Shown: one piece after another, positions 18,769-27,286 of the stretch
How the letters are laid out: every line of letters begins with the position of its first letter
Position numbering within the stretch: position 1 is the first letter of the stretch
Source of the DNA: a virus
Taxonomy: Duplodnaviria > Heunggongvirae > Uroviricota > Caudoviricetes
DNA: 31,683 nt
IMG/VR virus record: IMGVR_UViG_2711768054_000002
Direction: 5' to 3' (one strand)
Position numbers and translations under genes: made by a program
The notes under the pieces: model-generated
Told to the model about the DNA's origin: nothing
Databases searched by the model: none
The model's input: only the letters and a program-made list of their open reading frames with translations

Positions 18769-19112
18769 CAGCGCGTTATCTCGGAATGAATCGCAGTGAT
18801 GGCCTGACTGTCACTGACCTTGAACATATCAGCCAGAGTATCGGCGATATCCTGCGCACGCCGGTCGGCTCACGGGTGATGCGTCGTGATTACGGCTCGT
18901 TGCTGGCGTCAATGATTGACCAGCCGCAGACCCCGGCGCTTGAGTTGCAGATTAAGGTCGCCTGTTACATGGCAGTGCTGAAATGGGAACCCCGCGTCAC
19001 CCTGTCATCCGTCACCACGGCGCGCAGTTTTGACGGGCGAATGACGGTCACGTTAACCGGTCAGCACAACGACACCGGTCAGCCACTTTCGTTAACCATC
19101 CCTGTGAGTTGA
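18765..19112 (+). CDS. W: Baseplate wedge protein W (gp25/GPW family)
   Basis: 115 aa as in P2 gpW. Confidence 0.9.
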   Translation: MTARYLGMNRSDGLTVTDLEHISQSIGDILRTPVGSRVMRRDYGSLLASMIDQPQTPALELQIKVACYMAVLKWEPRVTLSSVTTARSFDGRMTVTLTGQHNDTGQPLSLTIPVS

Positions 19113-19116
19113 AACC

Positions 19117-20025
19117 ATGCCGATTATCGACCTGAACCAGCTACCCGCACCGGATGTGGTCGAGGAGCTGGACTTTGAAACCATTCTTGCCGAACGCAAG
19201 GCGACACTGATTTCCCTTTACCCGGAAGACCAGCAGGAGGCGGTCGCCCGTACCCTGACGCTGGAATCCGAGCCTCTCGTCAAATTGCTGGAGGAAAATG
19301 CTTATCGTGAGCTTATCTGGCGTCAGCGTGTGAATGAGGCCGCACGGGCGGTAATGCTGGCCTGTGCCGCCGGTAATGACCTTGATGTGATTGGTGCCAA
19401 TTACAACACCACGCGCCTGATTATCACCCCGGCAGATGATTCGACCCTCCCGCCGACACCGGCAGTGATGGAATCTGACACCGATTATCGTCTGCGTATT
19501 CAGCAGGCGTTTGAAGGTTTAAGCGTCGCCGGGTCGGTGGGGGCCTATCAGTATCATGGTCGCAGTGCCGACGGGCGTGTCGCGGATATTTCTGTAACCA
19601 GTCCGTCTCCGGCCTGCGTCACCATCTCTGTGCTGTCACGTGAAAATAACGGTGTCGCATCCGAAGACCTGCTGGCGGTGGTGCGTAACGCCCTTAATGG
19701 CGAGGACGTCAGGCCGGTGGCCGACCGCGTGACCGTGCAGTCTGCCGCCATCGTTGAATACCAGATAAACGCCACGCTTTACCTTTACCCTGGCCCCGAA
19801 AGCGAACCCATACGCGCTGCTGCCGTGAAAAAACTGGAAGCGTACATCACGGCACAGCACCGGCTGGGGCGCGACATCCGTCTGTCTGCCATTTATGCCG
19901 CTTTGCATGTGGAAGGCGTGCAGCGTGTCGAACTGACTGCACCGCTGGCCGACATCGTGCTCAACAGTACGCAGGCGTCTTTCTGTACCGAATACCGCGT
20001 CGTGACCGGAGGCTCGGATGAGTGA
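19117..20025 (+). CDS. J: Baseplate assembly protein J
   Basis: 302 aa as in P2 gpJ. Confidence 0.9.
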   Translation: MPIIDLNQLPAPDVVEELDFETILAERKATLISLYPEDQQEAVARTLTLESEPLVKLLEENAYRELIWRQRVNEAARAVMLACAAGNDLDVIGANYNTTRLIITPADDSTLPPTPAVMESDTDYRLRIQQAFEGLSVAGSVGAYQYHGRSADGRVADISVTSPSPACVTISVLSRENNGVASEDLLAVVRNALNGEDVRPVADRVTVQSAAIVEYQINATLYLYPGPESEPIRAAAVKKLEAYITAQHRLGRDIRLSAIYAALHVEGVQRVELTAPLADIVLNSTQASFCTEYRVVTGGSDE

Positions 20026-20548
20026 TTCGCGACTGCTGCCGACCGGCTCATCACCGCTTGAAATTGCTGCCGCAAAAGCCTGTGCGGAAATTGAAAAAAC
20101 GCCGGTCAGTATTCGTGAACTGTGGAACCCGGATACCTGTCCGGCAAATCTGCTGCCGTGGCTGGCGTGGGCGTTTTCGGTCGACAGGTGGGATGAAAAG
20201 TGGCCGGAAGCGACAAAACGCGCCGTTATCCGCGATGCCTATTTCATCCACTGTCATAAGGGCACTATCGGTGCAATCCGGCGTGTGGTGGAGCCGCTCG
20301 GCTATCTCATCAACGTGACGGAGTGGTGGGAAAACAGTGACCCGCCAGGCACCTTCCGGCTTGATATTGGTGTACTGGAAAGCGGCATCACAGAGGCAAT
20401 GTATCAGGAAATGGAACGGCTGATTGCTGATGCCAAACCTGCAAGCCGCCACCTTATCGGCCTGAACATTACCCGGGACATTCCCGGCTACCTGTTCGCC
20501 GGTGGTGTGGCTTACGACGGCGATGTAATTACGGTTTACCCCGGATAA
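20018..20548 (+). CDS. I: Baseplate protein I
   Basis: 176 aa as in P2 gpI. Confidence 0.9.
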   Translation: MSDSRLLPTGSSPLEIAAAKACAEIEKTPVSIRELWNPDTCPANLLPWLAWAFSVDRWDEKWPEATKRAVIRDAYFIHCHKGTIGAIRRVVEPLGYLINVTEWWENSDPPGTFRLDIGVLESGITEAMYQEMERLIADAKPASRHLIGLNITRDIPGYLFAGGVAYDGDVITVYPG

Positions 20549-20558
20549 GTGAGGAATA

Positions 20559-22568
20559 ATGAGCACAAAATTCAGAACCGTTATCACCACTGCCGGTGCA
20601 GCAAAGCTGGCAGCGGCAACCGCACCGGGAGGGCGGAAGGTCAACATTACCACGATGGCCGTCGGGGATGGCGGTGGTAAATTGCCTGTCCCGGATGCCG
20701 GACAGACCGGGCTTATCCACGAAGTCTGGCGACATACGCTGAACAAAATCAGCCAGGACAAACGAAACAGTAATTATATTATCGCAGAGCTGGTTATTCC
20801 GCCGGAGGTGGGCGGTTTCTGGATGCGTGAGCTTGGCCTGTACGATGATGCGGGAACGTTAATTGCCGTGGCGAACATGGCCGAAAGTTATAAGCCTGCC
20901 CTTGCCGAAGGCTCAGGGCGTTCGCAGACCTGCCGCATGGTCATCATCGTCAGCAGTGTGGCCTCAGTGGAGCTGACTATTGACACCACAACGGTGATGG
21001 CAACGCAGGATTACGTTGATGACAAGATTGCAGAGCATGAACAGTCACGACGTCACCCGGACGCCTCGCTGACCGCAAAAGGTTTTACTCAGTTAAGCAG
21101 TGCGACCAACAGCACGTCTGAAACACTGGCCGCAACGCCGAAAGCGGTAAAGGCCGCGTATGACCTGGCTAACGGGAAATATACCGCACAGGACGCCACC
21201 ACAGCGCGAAAAGGCCTTGTCCAGCTTAGTAGCGCCACCAACAGCACGTCTGAAACGCTCGCCGCAACACCAAAAGCCGTTAAGACGGTAATGGATGAAA
21301 CGAACAAAAAAGCGCCATTAAACAGCCCTGCACTGACCGGAACGCCAACGACGCCAACTGCGCGACAGGGAACGAATAATACTCAGATCGCAAACACGGC
21401 TTTCGTTATGGCCGCGATTGCCGCCCTTGTAGACTCGTCGCCTGACGCACTGAATACGCTGAACGAGCTGGCGGCGGCGCTGGGCAATGACCCGAATTTT
21501 GCTACCACCATGACTAATGCGCTTGCGGGTAAGCAACCGAAAGATGCTACCCTGACGGCGCTGGCGGGGCTTGCTACTGCGGCAGACAGGTTTCCGTATT
21601 TTACGGGGAATGATGTTGCCAGCCTGGCGACCCTGACAAAAGTCGGGCGGGATATTCTGGCTAAATCGACCGTTGCCGCCGTTATCGAATATCTCGGTTT
21701 ACAGGAAACGGTAAACCGAGCCGGGAACGCCGTGCAAAAAAATGGCGATACCTTGTCCGGTGGACTTACTTTTGAAAACGACTCAATCCTTGCCTGGATT
21801 CGAAATACTGACTGGGCGAAGATTGGATTTAAAAATGATGCCGATGGTGACACTGATTCATACATGTGGTTTGAAACGGGGGATAACGGCAATGAATATT
21901 TCAAATGGAGAAGCCGCCAGAGTACCACAACAAAAGACCTGATGACGTTGAAATGGGATGCACTAAATATTCTTGTTAATGCCGTCATTAATGGCTGTTT
22001 TGGAGTTGGTACGACGAATGCACTAGGTGGTAGCTCTATTGTTCTTGGTGATAATGATACCGGATTTAAACAGAATGGAGACGGTATTCTTGATGTTTAT
22101 GCTAACAGTCAGCGTGTATTCCGTTTTCAGAATGGAGTGGCTATTGCTTTTAAAAATATTCAGGCAGGTGATAGTAAAAAGTTCTCGCTATCCAGCTCTA
22201 ATACATCCACGAAGAATATTACCTTTAATTTATGGGGTGCTTCCACCCGTCCAGTGGTTGCAGAGTTAGGCGATGAGGCCGGATGGCATTTCTATAGCCA
22301 GCGAAATACAGATAACTCGGTAATATTTGCTGTTAACGGTCAGATGCAACCCAGCAACTGGGGAAATTTTGATTCCCGCTATGTGAAAGATGTTCGCCTG
22401 GGTACGCGAGTTGTTCAATTGATGGCGCGAGGTGGTCGTTATGAAAAAGCCGGACACACGATTACCGGATTAAGAATCATTGGTGAAGTAGATGGCGATG
22501 ATGAAGCCATCTTCAGGCCGATACAAAAATACATCAATGGCACATGGTATAACGTTGCGCAGGTGTAA
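20559..22568 (+). CDS. H: Tail fibre protein H
   Basis: 669 aa as in P2 gpH; internal peptide repeat; C-terminal part visibly lower in GC (mosaic receptor-binding end). Confidence 0.92.
   Translation: MSTKFRTVITTAGAAKLAAATAPGGRKVNITTMAVGDGGGKLPVPDAGQTGLIHEVWRHTLNKISQDKRNSNYIIAELVIPPEVGGFWMRELGLYDDAGTLIAVANMAESYKPALAEGSGRSQTCRMVIIVSSVASVELTIDTTTVMATQDYVDDKIAEHEQSRRHPDASLTAKGFTQLSSATNSTSETLAATPKAVKAAYDLANGKYTAQDATTARKGLVQLSSATNSTSETLAATPKAVKTVMDETNKKAPLNSPALTGTPTTPTARQGTNNTQIANTAFVMAAIAALVDSSPDALNTLNELAAALGNDPNFATTMTNALAGKQPKDATLTALAGLATAADRFPYFTGNDVASLATLTKVGRDILAKSTVAAVIEYLGLQETVNRAGNAVQKNGDTLSGGLTFENDSILAWIRNTDWAKIGFKNDADGDTDSYMWFETGDNGNEYFKWRSRQSTTTKDLMTLKWDALNILVNAVINGCFGVGTTNALGGSSIVLGDNDTGFKQNGDGILDVYANSQRVFRFQNGVAIAFKNIQAGDSKKFSLSSSNTSTKNITFNLWGASTRPVVAELGDEAGWHFYSQRNTDNSVIFAVNGQMQPSNWGNFDSRYVKDVRLGTRVVQLMARGGRYEKAGHTITGLRIIGEVDGDDEAIFRPIQKYINGTWYNVAQV
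21079..21300 (+). repeat. Imperfect tandem repeat inside H (two copies of about 90 nt)
   Basis: Peptide QLSSATNSTSETLAATPKAVK occurs twice about 30 aa apart; DNA copies share ACCAACAGCACGTCTGAAAC. Confidence 0.8.
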
Positions 22569-22571
22569 GTT

Positions 22572-23099
22572 ATGCAGCATTTAAAGAACATTAAGTCAGG
22601 TAATCCAAAAACAAAAGAGCAATATCAGCTAACAAAGAATTTTGATGTTATCTGGTTATGGTCCGAAGACGGAAAAAACTGGTATGAGGAAGTGAAGAAC
22701 TTTCAGCCAGACACAATAAAGATTGTTTACGATGAAAATAATATTATTGTCGCTATCACCAGAGATGCTTCAACGCTTAATCCTGAAGGTTTTAGCGTTG
22801 TTGAGGTTCCTGATATTACCTCCAACCGACGTGCTGACGACTCAGGTAAATGGGTGTTTAAGGATGGTGCTGTGGTTAAACGGATTTATACGGCAGATGA
22901 ACAGCAACAACAGGCAGAATCACAAAAGGCCGCGTTACTTTCCGAAGCGGAAAACGTTATTCAGCCACTGGAACGCGCTGTCAGGCTGAATATGGCGACG
23001 GATGAGGAACGTGCACGACTGGAGTCATGGGAACGTTACAGCGTTCTGGTCAGCCGTGTGGATCCTGCAAATCCTGAATGGCCGGAAATGCCGCAATAA
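22572..23099 (+). CDS. G: Tail fibre assembly chaperone G
   Basis: 175 aa as in P2 gpG; directly follows H. Confidence 0.9.
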   Translation: MQHLKNIKSGNPKTKEQYQLTKNFDVIWLWSEDGKNWYEEVKNFQPDTIKIVYDENNIIVAITRDASTLNPEGFSVVEVPDITSNRRADDSGKWVFKDGAVVKRIYTADEQQQQAESQKAALLSEAENVIQPLERAVRLNMATDEERARLESWERYSVLVSRVDPANPEWPEMPQ

Positions 23100-23368
23100 G
23101 TTGTATGACCTCTGTTGTGAACTTACATATCTATGGCACAGAGTAAAGCCTAATCTGACAGTCCGCTCTGTGCCAGAAGCGGACGTTGCGGGACGTCAGA
23201 TATCTAAAAAAACTAATGGTCCGCTTGGATAGATACTTACACAGGATGCAATAAAGAGTTTCTATTTCTTTGTGGTAGCAAACTTTGATTTCTGAAGGAT
23301 AATACCTCCAATAAGTTGAAATCACATATATCGCTAAAGACTCTATACAACAACCAAGAGAGACCGCA

Positions 23369-24754
23369 ATGGATAGTGTCAGTAGTGTTGAGCGTTTAAG
23401 AACAAAAGCTTTTTATCAGTTGCTTGTGGATAGGCTTGGAACTGAGGCCTGGGCTGCTCGCAAAGCTGCATATTTCAAGCGCATAAGAGAGAAGGAGGCT
23501 AAGTTTAACATCAATCTGCCGATAGAGCCCCAGCTCTTCATACCAGCAGAAGATGACATCGACTGGTACATTCTGGCGTCGTATCTGTCTCATGATTTTC
23601 CATATAGTGATGCTACTTACAGCAGCAGACGTATCTACCCCTATGCTATGGCCATCGGAGCTGTTGCAGACCAGCTTCGCAAAGTCCCATACGTCGATGA
23701 TGTTCTGGACAAAATGCTAGCAAATAACAATAAACCAGAAACTCAAATTTTTGAGCTGCTGACGGCATCGTTCTACCTAAAGAACGGCTATGAGGTTGCC
23801 TTCATCCCAGAAAGCAGCATTGTTTGGCCCGATGGAAAGACCAAAAAATCACCGGATATGCTTGTCAAGTTAGGTGATCTGGAGTTCTACGTCGAGTGCA
23901 AAAGGTCGGATAAGCAAACCAAGTACTCAAAGACAGAAGAGCAAGCCTGGGCCAACATCTGGCATCAATTGAGCCAACATATGCTCAAAGTCGCACCATG
24001 GAACATTGTCGATATAATTTTCCATGAGCAGGTCGCCAGTGTGACTCCGGCAGACGTTATTAAAGCGGTGAATCTAGCCATTAAAGGGGGGACGGGAAAA
24101 GCTAATGAAGGTTCAATCAGTGTGGGAATACGAGCCATCGACAAATTAGGTCTCAGACGTCACTACAGAAAATTTTCAGTCAGAGCCAATAGCCCACAGC
24201 ATGAATTGCTGGTATTTGGGGATCTAGATAGCAATGAGAAACGAAGTATCTCGACTATCGCTCAGAGAGTTATTCGTCCTGGCACCAATAACGATATTCT
24301 CAACATTTTTGTAGAGGATGTTGCAAAGTGCGTTGGAGCTCAGTGGCGCTGCGATCATGAGATTTCTCTTGGCCTCAGATCCAAGCATTTCAAGAGCTTG
24401 CTCAATGATGGAGTCATGCAGATTCCCCCTGATCGTGCTGGCGTGGTGCATATTTGGTATGAGACTTGCGAAGGCATAGATATTGAAGAACTACGTAGGG
24501 ATAAAAACATGGAGCATATCTCGGCCTACGATGCCTCTAAAACAACTGTGTTGGGTGCTTTCCTGCATGCCGTTAATTATTACCCATTAGAGGACAACTA
24601 TGAGTGGGCTGAGACTGTTCAAGACTTTGCCCGTGTCCCGGATTTGATGGGGCTCTTCCTTAGACAGCCATTGATGCTTACATCTGACTCGACGCGTGGG
24701 GTCGAAGGTGTCACACATTGGGAGCAAGATAAGGCCGCAAAAAGCATGCGTTGA
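23369..24754 (+). CDS. Hypothetical 461-aa cargo protein in the Z/fun position; PD-x(n)-E-x-K nuclease-like motif
   Basis: Lies between G and FI where P2 carries Z/fun; lower GC than the tail genes; motif SPD(163)MLVKLGDLE(172)FYVE(176)CK(178) at nt 23849-23902. Confidence 0.75.
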   Translation: MDSVSSVERLRTKAFYQLLVDRLGTEAWAARKAAYFKRIREKEAKFNINLPIEPQLFIPAEDDIDWYILASYLSHDFPYSDATYSSRRIYPYAMAIGAVADQLRKVPYVDDVLDKMLANNNKPETQIFELLTASFYLKNGYEVAFIPESSIVWPDGKTKKSPDMLVKLGDLEFYVECKRSDKQTKYSKTEEQAWANIWHQLSQHMLKVAPWNIVDIIFHEQVASVTPADVIKAVNLAIKGGTGKANEGSISVGIRAIDKLGLRRHYRKFSVRANSPQHELLVFGDLDSNEKRSISTIAQRVIRPGTNNDILNIFVEDVAKCVGAQWRCDHEISLGLRSKHFKSLLNDGVMQIPPDRAGVVHIWYETCEGIDIEELRRDKNMEHISAYDASKTTVLGAFLHAVNYYPLEDNYEWAETVQDFARVPDLMGLFLRQPLMLTSDSTRGVEGVTHWEQDKAAKSMR

Positions 24755-24957
24755 AAGTGGCTGGAATATGGCGATACTGGGAACATAACTATTCACCGCG
24801 TTTCATAACCCACTCTCGGCTGATTAACACACGTTATCGTTGGGGGAAAGGACCAATTCCCTACGTCCGCTCCTCGCTCCAAGCAGACTGTCAGATTTGA
24901 TAGCGTTTTGGCTATGTAAATTGTCAGTCGTAAAATTAGTGAGTACAAATCAGGACA

Positions 24958-24984
24958 GGTGGGCGAATTGCCCGCCTTTTCTTT
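24958..24984 (+). terminator. Candidate rho-independent terminator at the end of the Z/fun-position island
   Basis: GGTGGGC-GAATT-GCCCGCC stem-loop (one G-U pair) followed by TTTTCTTT. Confidence 0.5.
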
Positions 24985-25080
24985 ATCTGTTGTTTCATCC
25001 ACTGACCAGCCAGGTCAAATAGCGTCTCATGTACTACCCAACGGAAAATAGTTGCACCCATTAACCACGGAGTTAAACGG
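24985..25080 (+). promoter_or_regulatory. Expected late promoter region for the FI operon
   Basis: By synteny with P2; contains dyad TGACC-N5-GGTCA (25003-25017); no exact TGT-N12-ACA found. Confidence 0.4.
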
Positions 25081-26271
25081 ATGAGTGACTATCATCACGG
25101 CGTGCAGGTGCTGGAGATTAACGACGGCACCCGCGTCATTTCCACCGTATCCACGGCCATTGTCGGCATGGTCTGCACGGCCAGCGATGCGGATGCGGAA
25201 ACCTTCCCCCTCAATAAACCGGTGCTGATCACCAATGTGCAGAGCGCAATTGCAAAGGCCGGTAAAAAAGGCACGCTGGCGGCATCGTTACAGGCCATCG
25301 CCGACCAGTCAAAACCGGTCACCGTTGTCGTGCGTGTGGAAGACGGCACCGGCGACGACGAGGAAACGAAACTCGCGCAGACCGTTTCCAATATCATCGG
25401 CACCACCGACGAAAACGGTCAGTACACCGGACTGAAAGCCCTGCTGGCGGCGGAGTCGGTAACCGGTGTTAAACCGCGTATTCTCGGTGTGCCGGGACTG
25501 GACACCAAAGAGGTGGCTGTTGCACTGGTATCCGTCTGTCAGAAGCTGCGCGCTTTCGGGTATATCAGCGCATGGGGCTGTAAAACCATTTCCGAGGTGA
25601 AAGCCTACCGCCAGAATTTCAGCCAGCGTGAGCTGATGGTCATCTGGCCGGATTTCCTCGCATGGGATACGGTCACCAGTACCACCGCCACCGCGTATGC
25701 CACCGCCCGTGCGCTGGGTCTGCGCGCTAAAATCGACCAGGAGCAGGGCTGGCATAAAACGCTGTCCAACGTCGGGGTAAACGGTGTTACCGGCATCAGC
25801 GCATCTGTATTCTGGGATTTGCAGGAGTCCGGCACCGATGCTGACCTGCTTAACGAGTCAGGCGTCACTACGCTGATTCGCCGCGACGGTTTCCGATTCT
25901 GGGGTAACCGTACCTGCTCTGATGACCCGCTGTTCCTCTTTGAAAACTACACCCGCACCGCGCAGGTGCTGGCCGACACGATGGCTGAGGCGCACATGTG
26001 GGCGGTGGACAAGCCCATCACCGCAACGCTGATTCGCGACATCGTTGACGGCATCAATGCCAAATTCCGTGAGCTGAAAACAAACGGCTATATCGTGGAT
26101 GCGACCTGCTGGTTCAGCGAAGAATCCAACGATGCGGAAACCCTCAAGGCCGGAAAACTGTATATCGACTACGACTATACCCCGGTGCCTCCTCTTGAAA
26201 ACCTGACCCTGCGCCAGCGTATTACCGATAAATACCTGGCAAATCTGGTCACTTCGGTTAACAGCAATTAA
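25081..26271 (+). CDS. FI: Tail sheath protein FI
   Basis: 396 aa as in P2 gpFI. Confidence 0.94.
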   Translation: MSDYHHGVQVLEINDGTRVISTVSTAIVGMVCTASDADAETFPLNKPVLITNVQSAIAKAGKKGTLAASLQAIADQSKPVTVVVRVEDGTGDDEETKLAQTVSNIIGTTDENGQYTGLKALLAAESVTGVKPRILGVPGLDTKEVAVALVSVCQKLRAFGYISAWGCKTISEVKAYRQNFSQRELMVIWPDFLAWDTVTSTTATAYATARALGLRAKIDQEQGWHKTLSNVGVNGVTGISASVFWDLQESGTDADLLNESGVTTLIRRDGFRFWGNRTCSDDPLFLFENYTRTAQVLADTMAEAHMWAVDKPITATLIRDIVDGINAKFRELKTNGYIVDATCWFSEESNDAETLKAGKLYIDYDYTPVPPLENLTLRQRITDKYLANLVTSVNSN

Positions 26272-26283
26272 GGAGCCTGACCG

Positions 26284-26802
26284 ATGGCAATGCCGCGCAA
26301 ACTCAAGTTAATGAACGTCTTTCTGAACGGCTACAGCTATCAGGGCGTTGCAAAGTCCGTCACGCTGCCAAAACTGACCCGTAAGCTCGAAAACTATCGC
26401 GGTGCGGGGATGAACGGCAGCGCACCGGTAGACCTCGGCCTTGATGACGATGCACTGTCAATGGAGTGGTCACTCGGGGGCTTCCCGGATTCGGTTATCT
26501 GGGAGCTTTACGCCGCAACCGGCGTGGATGCCGTACCGATTCGTTTTGCAGGCTCTTACCAGCGCGACGATACCGGCGAAACGGTGGCCGTTGAAGTGGT
26601 CATGCGTGGACGTCAGAAAGAAATCGACACCGGCGAGGGTAAACAGGGAGAAGACACCGAGTCGAAAATCTCCGTAGTCTGCACCTATTTCCGGCTGACG
26701 ATGGACGGTAAGGAGCTGGTCGAAATCGACACCATCAACATGATTGAGAAGGTGAACGGCGTCGACCGGCTGGAGCAACACCGCCGCAATATCGGCCTGT
26801 AA
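26284..26802 (+). CDS. FII: Tail tube protein FII
   Basis: 172 aa as in P2 gpFII. Confidence 0.93.
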   Translation: MAMPRKLKLMNVFLNGYSYQGVAKSVTLPKLTRKLENYRGAGMNGSAPVDLGLDDDALSMEWSLGGFPDSVIWELYAATGVDAVPIRFAGSYQRDDTGETVAVEVVMRGRQKEIDTGEGKQGEDTESKISVVCTYFRLTMDGKELVEIDTINMIEKVNGVDRLEQHRRNIGL

Positions 26803-26858
26803 TTTTCATCCGGTCAGCCAGGCTGACCGGTTAACCCCGATTCAGAAGTGAGAAAACC

Positions 26859-27134
26859 ATGAACAAAGAAAATGTCATTACCCTGGACAATCCGGTCAAA
26901 CGTGGTGAGCAGGTTATCGAACAGGTCACGCTGATGAAACCCAGTGCCGGGACGCTGCGCGGTGTCAGTCTGGCAGCGGTCGCGAACTCCGAAGTCGATG
27001 CACTGATTAAGGTGCTGCCGCGCATGACGGCACCGATGCTGACCGAGCAGGAAGTCGCCGCGCTGGAACTGCCTGACCTTGTGGCGCTGGCCGGTAAGGT
27101 GGTCGGTTTTTTGTCGCCGAACTCGGTGCAGTAA
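26859..27134 (+). CDS. E: Tail assembly chaperone E
   Basis: 91 aa as in P2 gpE; contains the slippery heptamer near its 3' end. Confidence 0.9.
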   Translation: MNKENVITLDNPVKRGEQVIEQVTLMKPSAGTLRGVSLAAVANSEVDALIKVLPRMTAPMLTEQEVAALELPDLVALAGKVVGFLSPNSVQ

Positions 27135-27286
27135 CGTTCCCGAAAAATCTGTCGGTCGATGACCTGATGGCGGATGTGGCAGTGATATTTCACTGGCCGC
27201 CATCAGAACTGTATCCCATGAGCCTGACCGAACTCATCACATGGCGCGAAAAGGCGCTCCGGCGAAGCGGAAACACGAATGAGTAA
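26859..27286 (+). CDS. E': Tail assembly chaperone E+E' (programmed -1 frameshift product)
   Basis: Slippery site G GTT TTT TG at 27105-27113; the -1 frame stays open to TAA at 27284-27286, overlapping the T start; predicted fusion about 142 aa. Confidence 0.8.

Noticed and set aside
23131-23325. 64-aa minus-strand ORF upstream of the 461-aa gene
   Set aside because: Lies in an AT-rich intergenic or promoter region and overlaps the inverted repeats; no convincing start context.
24793-25022. Small ORFs (24840..25022 + and 24793..25002 -) between the 461-aa gene and FI, considered as Z/fun remnants
   Set aside because: Mutually overlapping, no SD, and one spans the predicted terminator hairpin; cannot be supported as genes.
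11687-25080. Exact Ogr-binding dyads (TGT-N12-ACA) in the P/O, S/V and G/FI gaps
   Set aside because: Manual scan found no exact match in these intervals, so only approximate promoter regions were annotated.
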